A DNA stretch of 32,613 nt from NCBI GenBank assembly GCA_030754595.1, contig JASLZZ010000043.1, positions 1 to 32,613 of the forward strand. The letters run 5' to 3'. Shown here piece after piece: positions 18,163 to 26,360 of this stretch; positions within the stretch are counted from its first letter, which is position 1, and every line of letters starts with the position of its first letter. The DNA comes from Nitrospinota bacterium. Lineage in GTDB: Bacteria > UBA8248. Both the position numbers and the translations under genes were made by a program. A model generated the notes under the pieces. That model saw nothing but the letters and a program-made list of their open reading frames with translations, did no database searches and was not told the origin of the DNA.

Positions 18163-18612
18163 CTAGCCGGGAATGCGATCCCGCTTGTCCTCTTCCTGCC
18201 AGGCTTCCTCGACGTAGATTGTGCGCGCGGCGTCGCGGTTCGCACAGTTGCCGTATGTGAAAATTAACTCGGCGTCCTCCGTCTCGCTCGGATTGTAGAG
18301 GCCGTGAATCTCGCCCGCCGCCGCGTAGACGAAATTCCCCGTCTCGACAGTGTGCTCCTCCTTTTCCTCCCCCATCCAAACGACAAGAGGACCCTTTGCG
18401 ATATAAAAAGTGGCGTCGCAGACATGGTAGTGGCGCTGGTTTCTTCCCTTGGGCGGGATAATGGTGCGGCCCATGGTGATCGTCTGGGTCCCCACCACAT
18501 GACTATCCACGCCCCAAGCGATGATCAGGGGCGGCTCGTATTTCTTGTCCACCCCGATGGCGGTGGAGTCAATGACGGCCCATCGTTGTTTTTCGGATGC
18601 CTTTACGTTCAT
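18163..18612 (-). CDS. Cupin-domain protein
   Basis: IIPPKGRNQRHYHVC...FYIAKG...GNFVYAAAGEIHGLYN; ATG 18612 with GGAGAAGGA RBS. Confidence 0.87.
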   Translation of the reverse strand: MNVKASEKQRWAVIDSTAIGVDKKYEPPLIIAWGVDSHVVGTQTITMGRTIIPPKGRNQRHYHVCDATFYIAKGPLVVWMGEEKEEHTVETGNFVYAAAGEIHGLYNPSETEDAELIFTYGNCANRDAARTIYVEEAWQEEDKRDRIPG

Positions 18613-18694
18613 TCCTTCTCCTTTAAAAAATCTGCCTTCAATAAAACGCAGCCAATCGCCGAACGGCGGTTTCGATGCGAGGATATTCGGTTCG

Positions 18695-19486
18695 TTATGC
18701 AATGCCCAGGAGGCCGCGCGATCCTGATTCGCCGGATGAGACGCCCGAGGACTTGATAATCTGGAGCGCCGACTGAGACGATTTTTTCGCCTGAACGAGA
18801 GCGGCCACGTTCACCTCGAGAAGTACCCGGTTCTTGACGAAATCAACTGTCGTCTCGGCGAAATCCGTATCGCGAATAGCGCTTTCGCTGGCCCGGAGGT
18901 TTTCGGCCTCGACACTCTCGCGCCGTATGTCCGCCTCGAGGGTATTCGTTTGATGCGAGCCCAGATTGCCGCGGAAAGTGGAAAGTTCCTCAATCGCCGA
19001 ATCGACGGTGTCGAGCGCCTGCTGCGCGCCGTCAGAGGTTGAGAGGTCGATATCCTCTAGGCTCCGGCCGATTTCGGCGAGGCCGGAGGAGTCCACGCCG
19101 CGAAGGGTACGGGAGACCGAATCTACCGAGGATCGGGCCGAGGTCTGGTTCGCCGTGCGAGCCGCCTGGTCGGTGGCGCCCGTGTTAAGCGCTTCTAGGG
19201 CCCGATCGCGGATGGCGTGAAGCTGATTGAACGTCTCGCCGAGTTTGGCGTCCTCTGTCCTGAGTTGGTTCACCTTGTTTTGATTGCTCTGAATGTTCCT
19301 GTCGAGGCTGTCGGTTTGAGCCCTGAGGTTTTCGCTGATGACCAGGCCGGCCGGATCGTCGGCCCCGCTGTTGACCCGCTGTCCCGTCGAGAGCTTTTCG
19401 ACGGAATTCGCCAGCGCCTTCTGTTTCGCCTGAAGGGCGCGCGCGGCGACCAGCGCGGCAATATTCTGATTGATTCGAAGACCCAT
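18695..19486 (-). CDS. Minimal, divergent flagellin-like protein (D0/D1 only) with a C-terminal extension
   Basis: MGLRINQNIAAL...EKLSTGQRVNSGADDPAGLVISENLRAQ at the N-terminus; AIEELSTFRGNLGS...ENLRASESAIRDTDFA at the C-terminus; AAGGAGG RBS; 263 aa. Confidence 0.9.
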   Translation of the reverse strand: MGLRINQNIAALVAARALQAKQKALANSVEKLSTGQRVNSGADDPAGLVISENLRAQTDSLDRNIQSNQNKVNQLRTEDAKLGETFNQLHAIRDRALEALNTGATDQAARTANQTSARSSVDSVSRTLRGVDSSGLAEIGRSLEDIDLSTSDGAQQALDTVDSAIEELSTFRGNLGSHQTNTLEADIRRESVEAENLRASESAIRDTDFAETTVDFVKNRVLLEVNVAALVQAKKSSQSALQIIKSSGVSSGESGSRGLLGIA

Positions 19487-19884
19487 TCAGGAACCTCCTT
19501 TATAAATCCTTTCCGGTTTCAGGCCGCCGACATCGAACCCTTTTCGATAAAGCGAGCCGCCATCTTCGGGTCCATCCCCCCTGGTGGGCCGGGCGAAACG
19601 CTCGCCTACAGGGGGCGGATCTTAACACCTTTCGCCGCGCGAAACCAAAAGCGAATAAATCAAAAAGCAACGATCGAAACCTCCATAAATCATTGAAATA
19701 AGGCCCTGATCAAGCCCGGTCAGTAAGAAATCCACAACGGCCGATGAGGAACGCTATACCACTCCTTTTTCGCCGAAAAAAATCTCCCGGACTCGCCCAT
19801 GGACATCCACCATTCATTCCGGGGCCCCAAGAGGACTCCCCGCGGAAGTTTCGGGCGCTCCTTCTTAATCCCGTTTACGGACTT

Positions 19885-19893
19885 TGCTATACT
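19885..19893 (+). promoter_or_regulatory. Extended -10 promoter element upstream of the DsbA-like gene
   Basis: TGcTATACT about 48 nt before TTG 19941. Confidence 0.4.
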
Positions 19894-19940
19894 GACTCGG
19901 CAAGAGCCGCTAATCGTTTCAACGGGAAAGGTGGGCGAAA

Positions 19941-20579
19941 TTGGCGAGAAAGAAAGAGCAAGCGAGAAAATCACAGACCTCTTCCAATAAAAATTCCCGG
20001 AAAACCCTGGCCGTGGCCATTGCACTCATTGCGGCGTTGGGCATCGGGTTGGGCTCACTCTGGGTCGGAGACGGCGGCGAAGCTCCGCCGACCATAACCT
20101 CCGACGGCCGCGTCGTCGTTCTCGAGTTTTTTGATTTCGGTTGACCCCACTGCAAGGACGCGCAGGGTGCGCTGAGTAAGCTCAAAAAGGAATTCAAGAA
20201 CCAAATCGATTTTCGCCACAAGGATTTTCCGCTCCGCCCCTTAACGGCCATGGCCGCCGAGGCGGTGAGGTGCGTCGAGGATGCCGCCAAACAAGACCAA
20301 ATGCGTGCCTTGGTGTTCGGAGGGCAGCGGAGGTGGAGCCTGAGCAAAGCGCCCCAGAACATCTGGGCCACCTACGCGGCGGCGACCGGAACGGCCATGA
20401 AAAAATGGCGCTCTTGCACATACTCTCGGACGCACAAAAAGGCCATCGAGGCCGACCGGACCCTCGGGTTCAATATGGGAGTGAACGTGACGCCAACGAT
20501 TTTCGTCGGAAACCGCAAACTCGTGGGCGCGGTCCCCTACAGGGACCTGGCCGCCGCCGTCCGCACTCAATTGAAATGA
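19941..20579 (+). CDS. Membrane-anchored DsbA-family selenoprotein (U-P-H-C; Sec at UGA 20142-20144)
   Basis: ORF pieces 19941..20144 and 20250..20579 are one frame: TM anchor...VVVLEFFDFG-UGA-PHCKDAQ...FRHKDFPL...AAEAVRC...RSC...GVNVTPTIFVG (cis-Pro loop); 212 aa. Confidence 0.88.
20145..20177 (+). promoter_or_regulatory. Candidate bacterial SECIS hairpin
   Basis: After the UGA: cccc-ACT-gcaaggac-GCGC-agggt-GCGC-tg-AGT; the loop starts 19 nt after the UGA. Confidence 0.6.
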
Positions 20580-20607
20580 TGAAATCGGCGATGCGGCGGA
20601 AGGCATA

Positions 20608-21069
20608 GTGCGCATTCTCATCTGGCTCCGACATCCCGGCGCCGCCCTGGCCTCCCGGGTGATTGTCGGTGGCTTTTTCATCGTCACGGGAGCGGCGAAA
20701 CTCTACCAGCCCGCCGGGTTGTTCGCGAATCAAATAAAATCCTTCGGAATCCTGCCCGGGGGCTGGGAGCCGCCGCTCGCCGCAATTCTCCCCTGGCTCG
20801 AACTGGTTGCAGGCGTTTTCCTGTTCGCCGGATTAATGTCGAGGCGGGCGGCCGTCCTCATCGGACTCCAGCTTGCCCTTTTCGCGGCGGCCCTTTCGGC
20901 GGCGATGCTCCTCGGGACGGCGCCGGAGGATTGCGGTTGCCTGCCAGGAGTCTCCGAGACACCGGCCCAGGCCCTCGTCCGGGACGCCGTCATGATCGCC
21001 TGGCTGATCGGCTCCTATCGCGGATTGCCCGGATACTTCTCGTTGGATCGGTGGCTCGAGACGGACTGA
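20608..21069 (+). CDS. MauE/DoxX-family redox-associated membrane protein
   Basis: RVIVGGFFIVTGAAKL...LPWLELVAG...EDCGCL...ALVRD; the CGC motif is typical of MauE. Confidence 0.88.
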   Translation: MRILIWLRHPGAALASRVIVGGFFIVTGAAKLYQPAGLFANQIKSFGILPGGWEPPLAAILPWLELVAGVFLFAGLMSRRAAVLIGLQLALFAAALSAAMLLGTAPEDCGCLPGVSETPAQALVRDAVMIAWLIGSYRGLPGYFSLDRWLETD

Positions 21070-21136
21070 TGCCCGGTGAGTTGGAGCCCTGAAGACTGGG
21101 CCGTTGGCGAAAGGGGGGGGAGGGGGCTGAACGCCC

Positions 21137-21925
21137 CTAGGGCTTGTAGTACTTGAGCGCCTCGGGCATCCACTTTCGAATCTGGCTGATCCGGGTTGCC
21201 CCCGCGGGGTGGGTCGACAGGAACTCGGGCGGCCCGCCCTTGCCGCTTTTGCCGGCCTTCGCCGCCATCCGCCGCCAGAAATCGACGGCCCGCCTCGGGT
21301 CGTATCCCGCCTTGGCCATGAAGATGAGCCCGAGCCGGTCGGCCTCGGACTCGTGAAGGCGCGAGAAAGGAAGCAGTATCCCCACCGAGACCCCGGCGCC
21401 CAGCGCGGCGGTCACCTGCCTTGAGGTGCGCGAGCCCTCCTTCGCCATCCCGATTTGCACGGCGGCAAGCCCTGCATGAACAAGGAGGGTCTGACTCACC
21501 CGCTCCCCGCCGTGGCGGGCGATGGCGTGGGCCACCTCGTGGCCCAGGACCGTCGCCAACCCGTGTTCGTTCAGCGTGATCGGAAGGATGCCCGTATAAA
21601 CAAAAACCTTGCCGCCCGGAAGGACAAAAGCGTTGGGAGTCTTGTCGTCCTTGATGACGACGAAATCCCACTTGTAGTTTTTTCCGGAAGCGCGTGCGAT
21701 GCGCCGGCCCACCCTCTTGACGTGATCGTTAATCGCCGGGTCGCGGCTGATCTTCTGCCGGTTCTTTTTCATCAACTGGCGAAACGACTGCGCCCCCATG
21801 CTCAGCTCCGCCCCCTCGGAGAGAAGGAGAAGGCGGTCGCGGCCGGTGTAGGGCGCCTTCGAGCACGCCGGGAGGGCGAGAAGAAGGAGAGCAAAAAAAC
21901 CAGGGAGCATCCGGCGAAGCGTCAT
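21137..21925 (-). CDS. M48-family zinc metalloprotease lipoprotein (LoiP/Oma1-like)
   Basis: Lipobox LPA-C, NAFVLPGG, GHEVAH (HExxH), FSRLHESEAD, FLSTHP. Start is ATG 21925 or TTG 21949. Confidence 0.92.
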   Translation of the reverse strand: MTLRRMLPGFFALLLLALPACSKAPYTGRDRLLLLSEGAELSMGAQSFRQLMKKNRQKISRDPAINDHVKRVGRRIARASGKNYKWDFVVIKDDKTPNAFVLPGGKVFVYTGILPITLNEHGLATVLGHEVAHAIARHGGERVSQTLLVHAGLAAVQIGMAKEGSRTSRQVTAALGAGVSVGILLPFSRLHESEADRLGLIFMAKAGYDPRRAVDFWRRMAAKAGKSGKGGPPEFLSTHPAGATRISQIRKWMPEALKYYKP

Positions 21926-21983
21926 GGGCCATACTTTCTCGGTATCCAACGGCCGCCATCATCCAAAAAATTTATTTTCCCCG

Positions 21984-23321
21984 TCAAGGCAACCGCGCGC
22001 CCTCGTAGAATCCCCCGGCACGATAGGCCTCGTCCAGCAAGACAAGCGGATGCACCACGCGGAGGTCCATCTCCCGCTCCCGGGCGCCAAAGCCGATCTG
22101 GATCTGGCAACCCGTATTCCCGGTGCACAAAACCGGGGCGGCGGCGTCCCGAACATGGCCCATCTTCCGGTCGAGGAGTTTCATCGAGAGTTCGGTCTGG
22201 GTGAGGTTGTAGCTGCCCGCCGAGCCGCAGCACCAATCGCTCTCGCGGAGCGGGACGATCTCGGCGTTCTCCACCGCCCGGAGAATGTCGAACGGCTCCT
22301 CGCGCACCTTGAGGGCGTGCGCCAGATGGCAGGGATGATGATAGGCGACCCGCTGGGGCGAGGGGTGGACAGCGCGGCGGACCCCGAGGCGCGAGAGGAA
22401 TACGGTCACATCCATCACCTTTTCGCTGAAGCGGCGGGCACGCCCGGCCCAGGCGGGATCGTCCTCCAATAGCTCCGCGTACTCGTGGAGCATGGCCCCG
22501 CACCCCGCCACCGTCAGGACGATGGCGTCGAAGGCATCCGGATCGATCGCCCCGATATTCCGCCGGGCGAGCTCGCGCGCAGTCTCCCGGGCGCCCGCGT
22601 GGGCCTGAAGCGCGCCGCAGCAGGTCTGTCCACGCGGAAAGATCACCCGGACCCCGTTGGCGGCAAGGGTGCGCACGGCGGCGCGGTTCACCTCCCCGAA
22701 CAGGACGGACTGGAGACAGCCCCCGAGGAAGGCAACGCGGCGGCGCTCCTCGCTCACGGCGGGCACCTCGGCCAGAAGCGGGAACATCTGCGTAAACCCG
22801 GGCGCATCGGGCATCATCGGCTCGAGGCGTACCAGTTTTCGGGGAACCAGCCCTATTGCGCGGACGATGGGCCCGAGAAGGGTTCTCTGATACAGCCGGG
22901 TGAGCGCCCCGGCCAGGGTGAGCAGTGGACGGCTCGGCAGCAGCCACCTGAAAAGAAACCGGCGGAGCAGGCGCTCACCGAGCGGGCGGCGGCGCACCTT
23001 CTCGAGTCCCTCCCTGGCTGCGCCGATGAGCCTTCCGTAGGAAACCCCCGAGGGGCAGGCTGTCTCGCAGGCCCGGCAGTCCAGGCAGCGATCCAGGTGC
23101 TTGATGACCGTGTCGGTCGCCTCCATCTCCCCGTCCACCATGAGGCGCATGAGATAGATCCGCCCCCGGGGGGAGTCCATCTCGCTGCCGAGGAGGCTGT
23201 AGGTCGGGCAACTCGTGATGCAAAAACCGCAGTGGATGCACCGCTGGATGATTTCGCGGTCCACCCCCCCCGGGCCGAGGAAGGGATTCGCGCCATCGGG
23301 CAATGCGGTTTCGGTGGTCAT
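21984..23321 (-). CDS. glcF: Glycolate oxidase iron-sulfur subunit
   Basis: Two CxxCxxCxxxCP ferredoxin motifs plus CCG domains (TCCGAL, WCCGSAGSY); third gene of a glcDEF-type operon. Confidence 0.9.
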   Translation of the reverse strand: MTTETALPDGANPFLGPGGVDREIIQRCIHCGFCITSCPTYSLLGSEMDSPRGRIYLMRLMVDGEMEATDTVIKHLDRCLDCRACETACPSGVSYGRLIGAAREGLEKVRRRPLGERLLRRFLFRWLLPSRPLLTLAGALTRLYQRTLLGPIVRAIGLVPRKLVRLEPMMPDAPGFTQMFPLLAEVPAVSEERRRVAFLGGCLQSVLFGEVNRAAVRTLAANGVRVIFPRGQTCCGALQAHAGARETARELARRNIGAIDPDAFDAIVLTVAGCGAMLHEYAELLEDDPAWAGRARRFSEKVMDVTVFLSRLGVRRAVHPSPQRVAYHHPCHLAHALKVREEPFDILRAVENAEIVPLRESDWCCGSAGSYNLTQTELSMKLLDRKMGHVRDAAAPVLCTGNTGCQIQIGFGAREREMDLRVVHPLVLLDEAYRAGGFYEGARLP

Positions 23322-23355
23322 CCTCGCCGTTTCCTTTTTTCAAATCCGAACTTTT

Positions 23356-24756
23356 TCATATCCGGGCGATGAAGCGCCCCGGACTGAAAATCCCCGCCGG
23401 ATCGTACTCGGCCTTGATGCGGCGCATGAGATCGACCGCCGGGGGATCGAGGGCGTCCTCACCCCAAATATCGGCTCCGGGGTGCACCCCTCCGTCTGAC
23501 GCCGCGCCCGCCGTCAGACACACGTGCACCGCCCTTCCCCACTCCGGGTACGCTCCGGCCCGGCAACCCTCTCGGAATGTATCCCACGCCGCTCCCGGCG
23601 AGGTTTGCCCTTCGTCTGGGGCGAGCCAACAGCGGTAAATTCCGCTCGCCGCATGGGCCGCCGAGGCAATCCGGTAGCCGCCCGCGCGGGCGGCCATCTC
23701 TCCGGCAACTGCGAACCGGGGAAGCTGATCCAACCGCGCCGAGGCGCGAAACTCGAGAGCGTCTTCTCCCGCGAACTCCCCGCCCGGCGGATCGGCCAAC
23801 GCCTTCCCGAGGCGAGTGGTATTCTCCGCGTCCAACCGAAGGAGATTTACACCTCCCGCATCAATGATTGTCTTCTCGGCACGGGTGAGCTGCTCCGCGA
23901 GGCCTTCCTCGAAATCGCCGTAGGCGGCGGAGAGGCACCAGGGGCCCGGAAGATCGAACCGGCCTTCCGCTCCTTCGATCTCGGCGAGCGCGGCGATGCG
24001 GCCCGCGTCGAGCGCCTCGACCCACATCGGCGAGAGTGAAATCGCCGAGAGTTTCCGAGCGGCGGCGAAAGCCGCCTCCGCCGAGGGGAAGCCCGCCGCG
24101 AGAGCGCCAGTTCGCTCGGGCATCTTGTAGAGGCGAATCGCCAACTCGGTCACCAGCGCCAGCGTCCCCCAGCTACCGGCCAGAAGGCGGTTCATGTCGT
24201 AGCCTGTGACGTTTTTGACGACGAGGGCGCCGTAAGTCTGAGTCGAGCCGTCGGCCAGGGCGATCCGCATCCGCATGACGCGGTCCCGCGCCCGCCCATA
24301 GCGCACCCGCATGGGCCCCGAGCGCCCGGCGACGATGGCGCCGCCTACGGTAGCGCGATCCGGGTGAGGAGGGTCGATCCCCGCCGTCTGTCCATCTACC
24401 GTGGTGAGGTCGTTCAGCGCGGAGATGGTCATCCCGGCGCCCACCACCGCCGTCAGATCGTCGCGCATGAAATCCACCGCCCCGGAGAGCCGCCCGGTCG
24501 TGAGCGCCACGTCGTACCGCTCGGGGGGATAGCCCGTCCGGCGGCCCGTCCCCCCGCCCCAAGGCACGACCGCGAGCCCCGCCTCACTGGCGCGGGCGAG
24601 CACCCGCGCGGCGTCCTCGTGGGACCCCGGCCGGGCGACGAGAGCGGGTGCCTTTCCTCCGATTGCGAAACCGGAGGCGCCTTCGCCGGTGAGCAGACCG
24701 GCATCGCCCGTGTCGGCGAGGACGGCGCTCGAAAAAGAATCGATGGGCAGTGTCAT
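23356..24756 (-). CDS. glcE: FAD-binding subunit, GlcE-like
   Basis: PWGGGT, ATVGG, VVKNVTGYDMNRLLAGSWGTL, IKAEYDPAGIFSPGRF. Confidence 0.85.
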   Translation of the reverse strand: MTLPIDSFSSAVLADTGDAGLLTGEGASGFAIGGKAPALVARPGSHEDAARVLARASEAGLAVVPWGGGTGRRTGYPPERYDVALTTGRLSGAVDFMRDDLTAVVGAGMTISALNDLTTVDGQTAGIDPPHPDRATVGGAIVAGRSGPMRVRYGRARDRVMRMRIALADGSTQTYGALVVKNVTGYDMNRLLAGSWGTLALVTELAIRLYKMPERTGALAAGFPSAEAAFAAARKLSAISLSPMWVEALDAGRIAALAEIEGAEGRFDLPGPWCLSAAYGDFEEGLAEQLTRAEKTIIDAGGVNLLRLDAENTTRLGKALADPPGGEFAGEDALEFRASARLDQLPRFAVAGEMAARAGGYRIASAAHAASGIYRCWLAPDEGQTSPGAAWDTFREGCRAGAYPEWGRAVHVCLTAGAASDGGVHPGADIWGEDALDPPAVDLMRRIKAEYDPAGIFSPGRFIARI

Positions 24757-24762
24757 GGTAAT

Positions 24763-26208
24763 TTACTTTGACATTCCAGGAGCGGCGCGCATGGCGGCCC
24801 CGCTCTGGGCGATGGGGAAGAGTACGTCCTCGCCCGGAAAGATTTTCCCGGGGTTGAGGAGGCCGGTCGGCTCGATGGCGTCCCTCATGCGCTCCATCAT
24901 CTTGAGGGTGGGCTCGTCGAACTGGTCCACCATCTCGCGCATCTTCTCGATGCCGATGCCGTGCTCGCCCGAGAGGACGCCCCCGGCCCGGATGCACACC
25001 CGGAGCACCTCGGAGCCGCAATCGACGGCGCGCTCGGTCTCGCCGGGCACCCGATCGTCGAAAAGAACGTTGGGATGCAGGCTGCCGTCTCCGGCGTGAA
25101 AAACGTTGGTGATGATGAACCCGAAGCGCTCTCCGATCTCGTCGAACGCGGCAAGCACCTCGGCGAGTTTCGAACGGGGGACGGTTCCGTCCAGGCAATA
25201 GTAGGCGGGCGCGATGGCCCCGAACGATCCGAAGGCCTTCTTCCGGCCCATCCAGAGCGATTCACGCTCGGCCTCGCTCTCGGCCAGCCGGAACGATGTG
25301 CACCGGTTGCGCTCGCATATCTCGCGAACGATCGACTCGAGGGGCCTCATCGAGGGGTCGAGACCGTCAAGCTCGATGAGCAGGACGGCCGCCGCGTCTT
25401 GTGGGTAACCCGCCTTCACCACCTTCTCGATGGCCTCGACCGTGTAGCGGTCCATCAACTCCATCGCGGCGGGCACGGCCCCGGAGGCGATCACATCGCT
25501 CACGGTGCGACAGGCGTCGCCCACCTCGGCGAACGTCGTCAGCATCGTCCGCACTCCCTCGGGATTGGGCGTCAGGCGGACGGTGAGTTCGGTCGTGAGG
25601 GCGAAGGTTCCCTCCGAGCCGATGAAAATCCCCCTGAGGTCGAACCCCGGCGCTTCCTCGCCGTCCGAACCCAGGCGCACGACCTCGCCCGAGGAGAGCA
25701 CCACCGTCATCCCGAGGATGTGGTTGGTCGTCATCCCGTATTTGAGGCAGTGGGCGCCGCCCGCGTTTTCGGCGGCGTTCCCGCCGATGGTGCAGGCCAT
25801 CTCACTGGAGGGGTCGGGGGCGTAGTGAAAACCCCGGGGCCGTGTCATCTCGGAGAGATGGATGTTGATCACACCCGGCTGGACCCTGGCGAGGAGATTT
25901 TCATAGTCCACCTCGAGGATTCGGTTCATCCGGGTGGTGACGAGCAAGACCCCCCCGGGAGCGGGCGTCGGGCCGCCGGATAGACAAGTGCCCGCTCCTC
26001 GCGCGATGACGGGGACCCGCTCCTCGTGGCAAATCTCCATCACCCGGCATATCTCCTCGGCGGATTCGGGGAGAACAACGGCCCCGGGCAGGCCCTTGTA
26101 AATCATCAAGGCGTCGTGGTCGTAGGCTCGCATCGCCTCGTGGGCGGTGTGAACGTAGTCCTCGCCCACAGCCGCCCTGAGCTTTTCGATGAGTGCGGAA
26201 TGAACCAT
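24763..26208 (-). CDS. glcD: FAD-linked oxidase, GlcD-like
   Basis: ARGAGTCLSGG, YAPDPSS, GGNAAENAGGAHCLKYG, GSEGT, FHAGDG, GEHGIGIEK, LLNPGK. Confidence 0.9.
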   Translation of the reverse strand: MVHSALIEKLRAAVGEDYVHTAHEAMRAYDHDALMIYKGLPGAVVLPESAEEICRVMEICHEERVPVIARGAGTCLSGGPTPAPGGVLLVTTRMNRILEVDYENLLARVQPGVINIHLSEMTRPRGFHYAPDPSSEMACTIGGNAAENAGGAHCLKYGMTTNHILGMTVVLSSGEVVRLGSDGEEAPGFDLRGIFIGSEGTFALTTELTVRLTPNPEGVRTMLTTFAEVGDACRTVSDVIASGAVPAAMELMDRYTVEAIEKVVKAGYPQDAAAVLLIELDGLDPSMRPLESIVREICERNRCTSFRLAESEAERESLWMGRKKAFGSFGAIAPAYYCLDGTVPRSKLAEVLAAFDEIGERFGFIITNVFHAGDGSLHPNVLFDDRVPGETERAVDCGSEVLRVCIRAGGVLSGEHGIGIEKMREMVDQFDEPTLKMMERMRDAIEPTGLLNPGKIFPGEDVLFPIAQSGAAMRAAPGMSK

Positions 26209-26360
26209 GAGCGCCGCCTTGTCCGAGTGTATTCGGGAAAAATCGAGTTGAGGGGGGATTGTACCACTCCCGGCCCCGGAAGAACATCAGCCAGGTGAGA
26301 CACTGGCCCGGCGGGACACCGGCCGGCGAAGCGCGTATAATCCGGCTTTCGTATACATTC

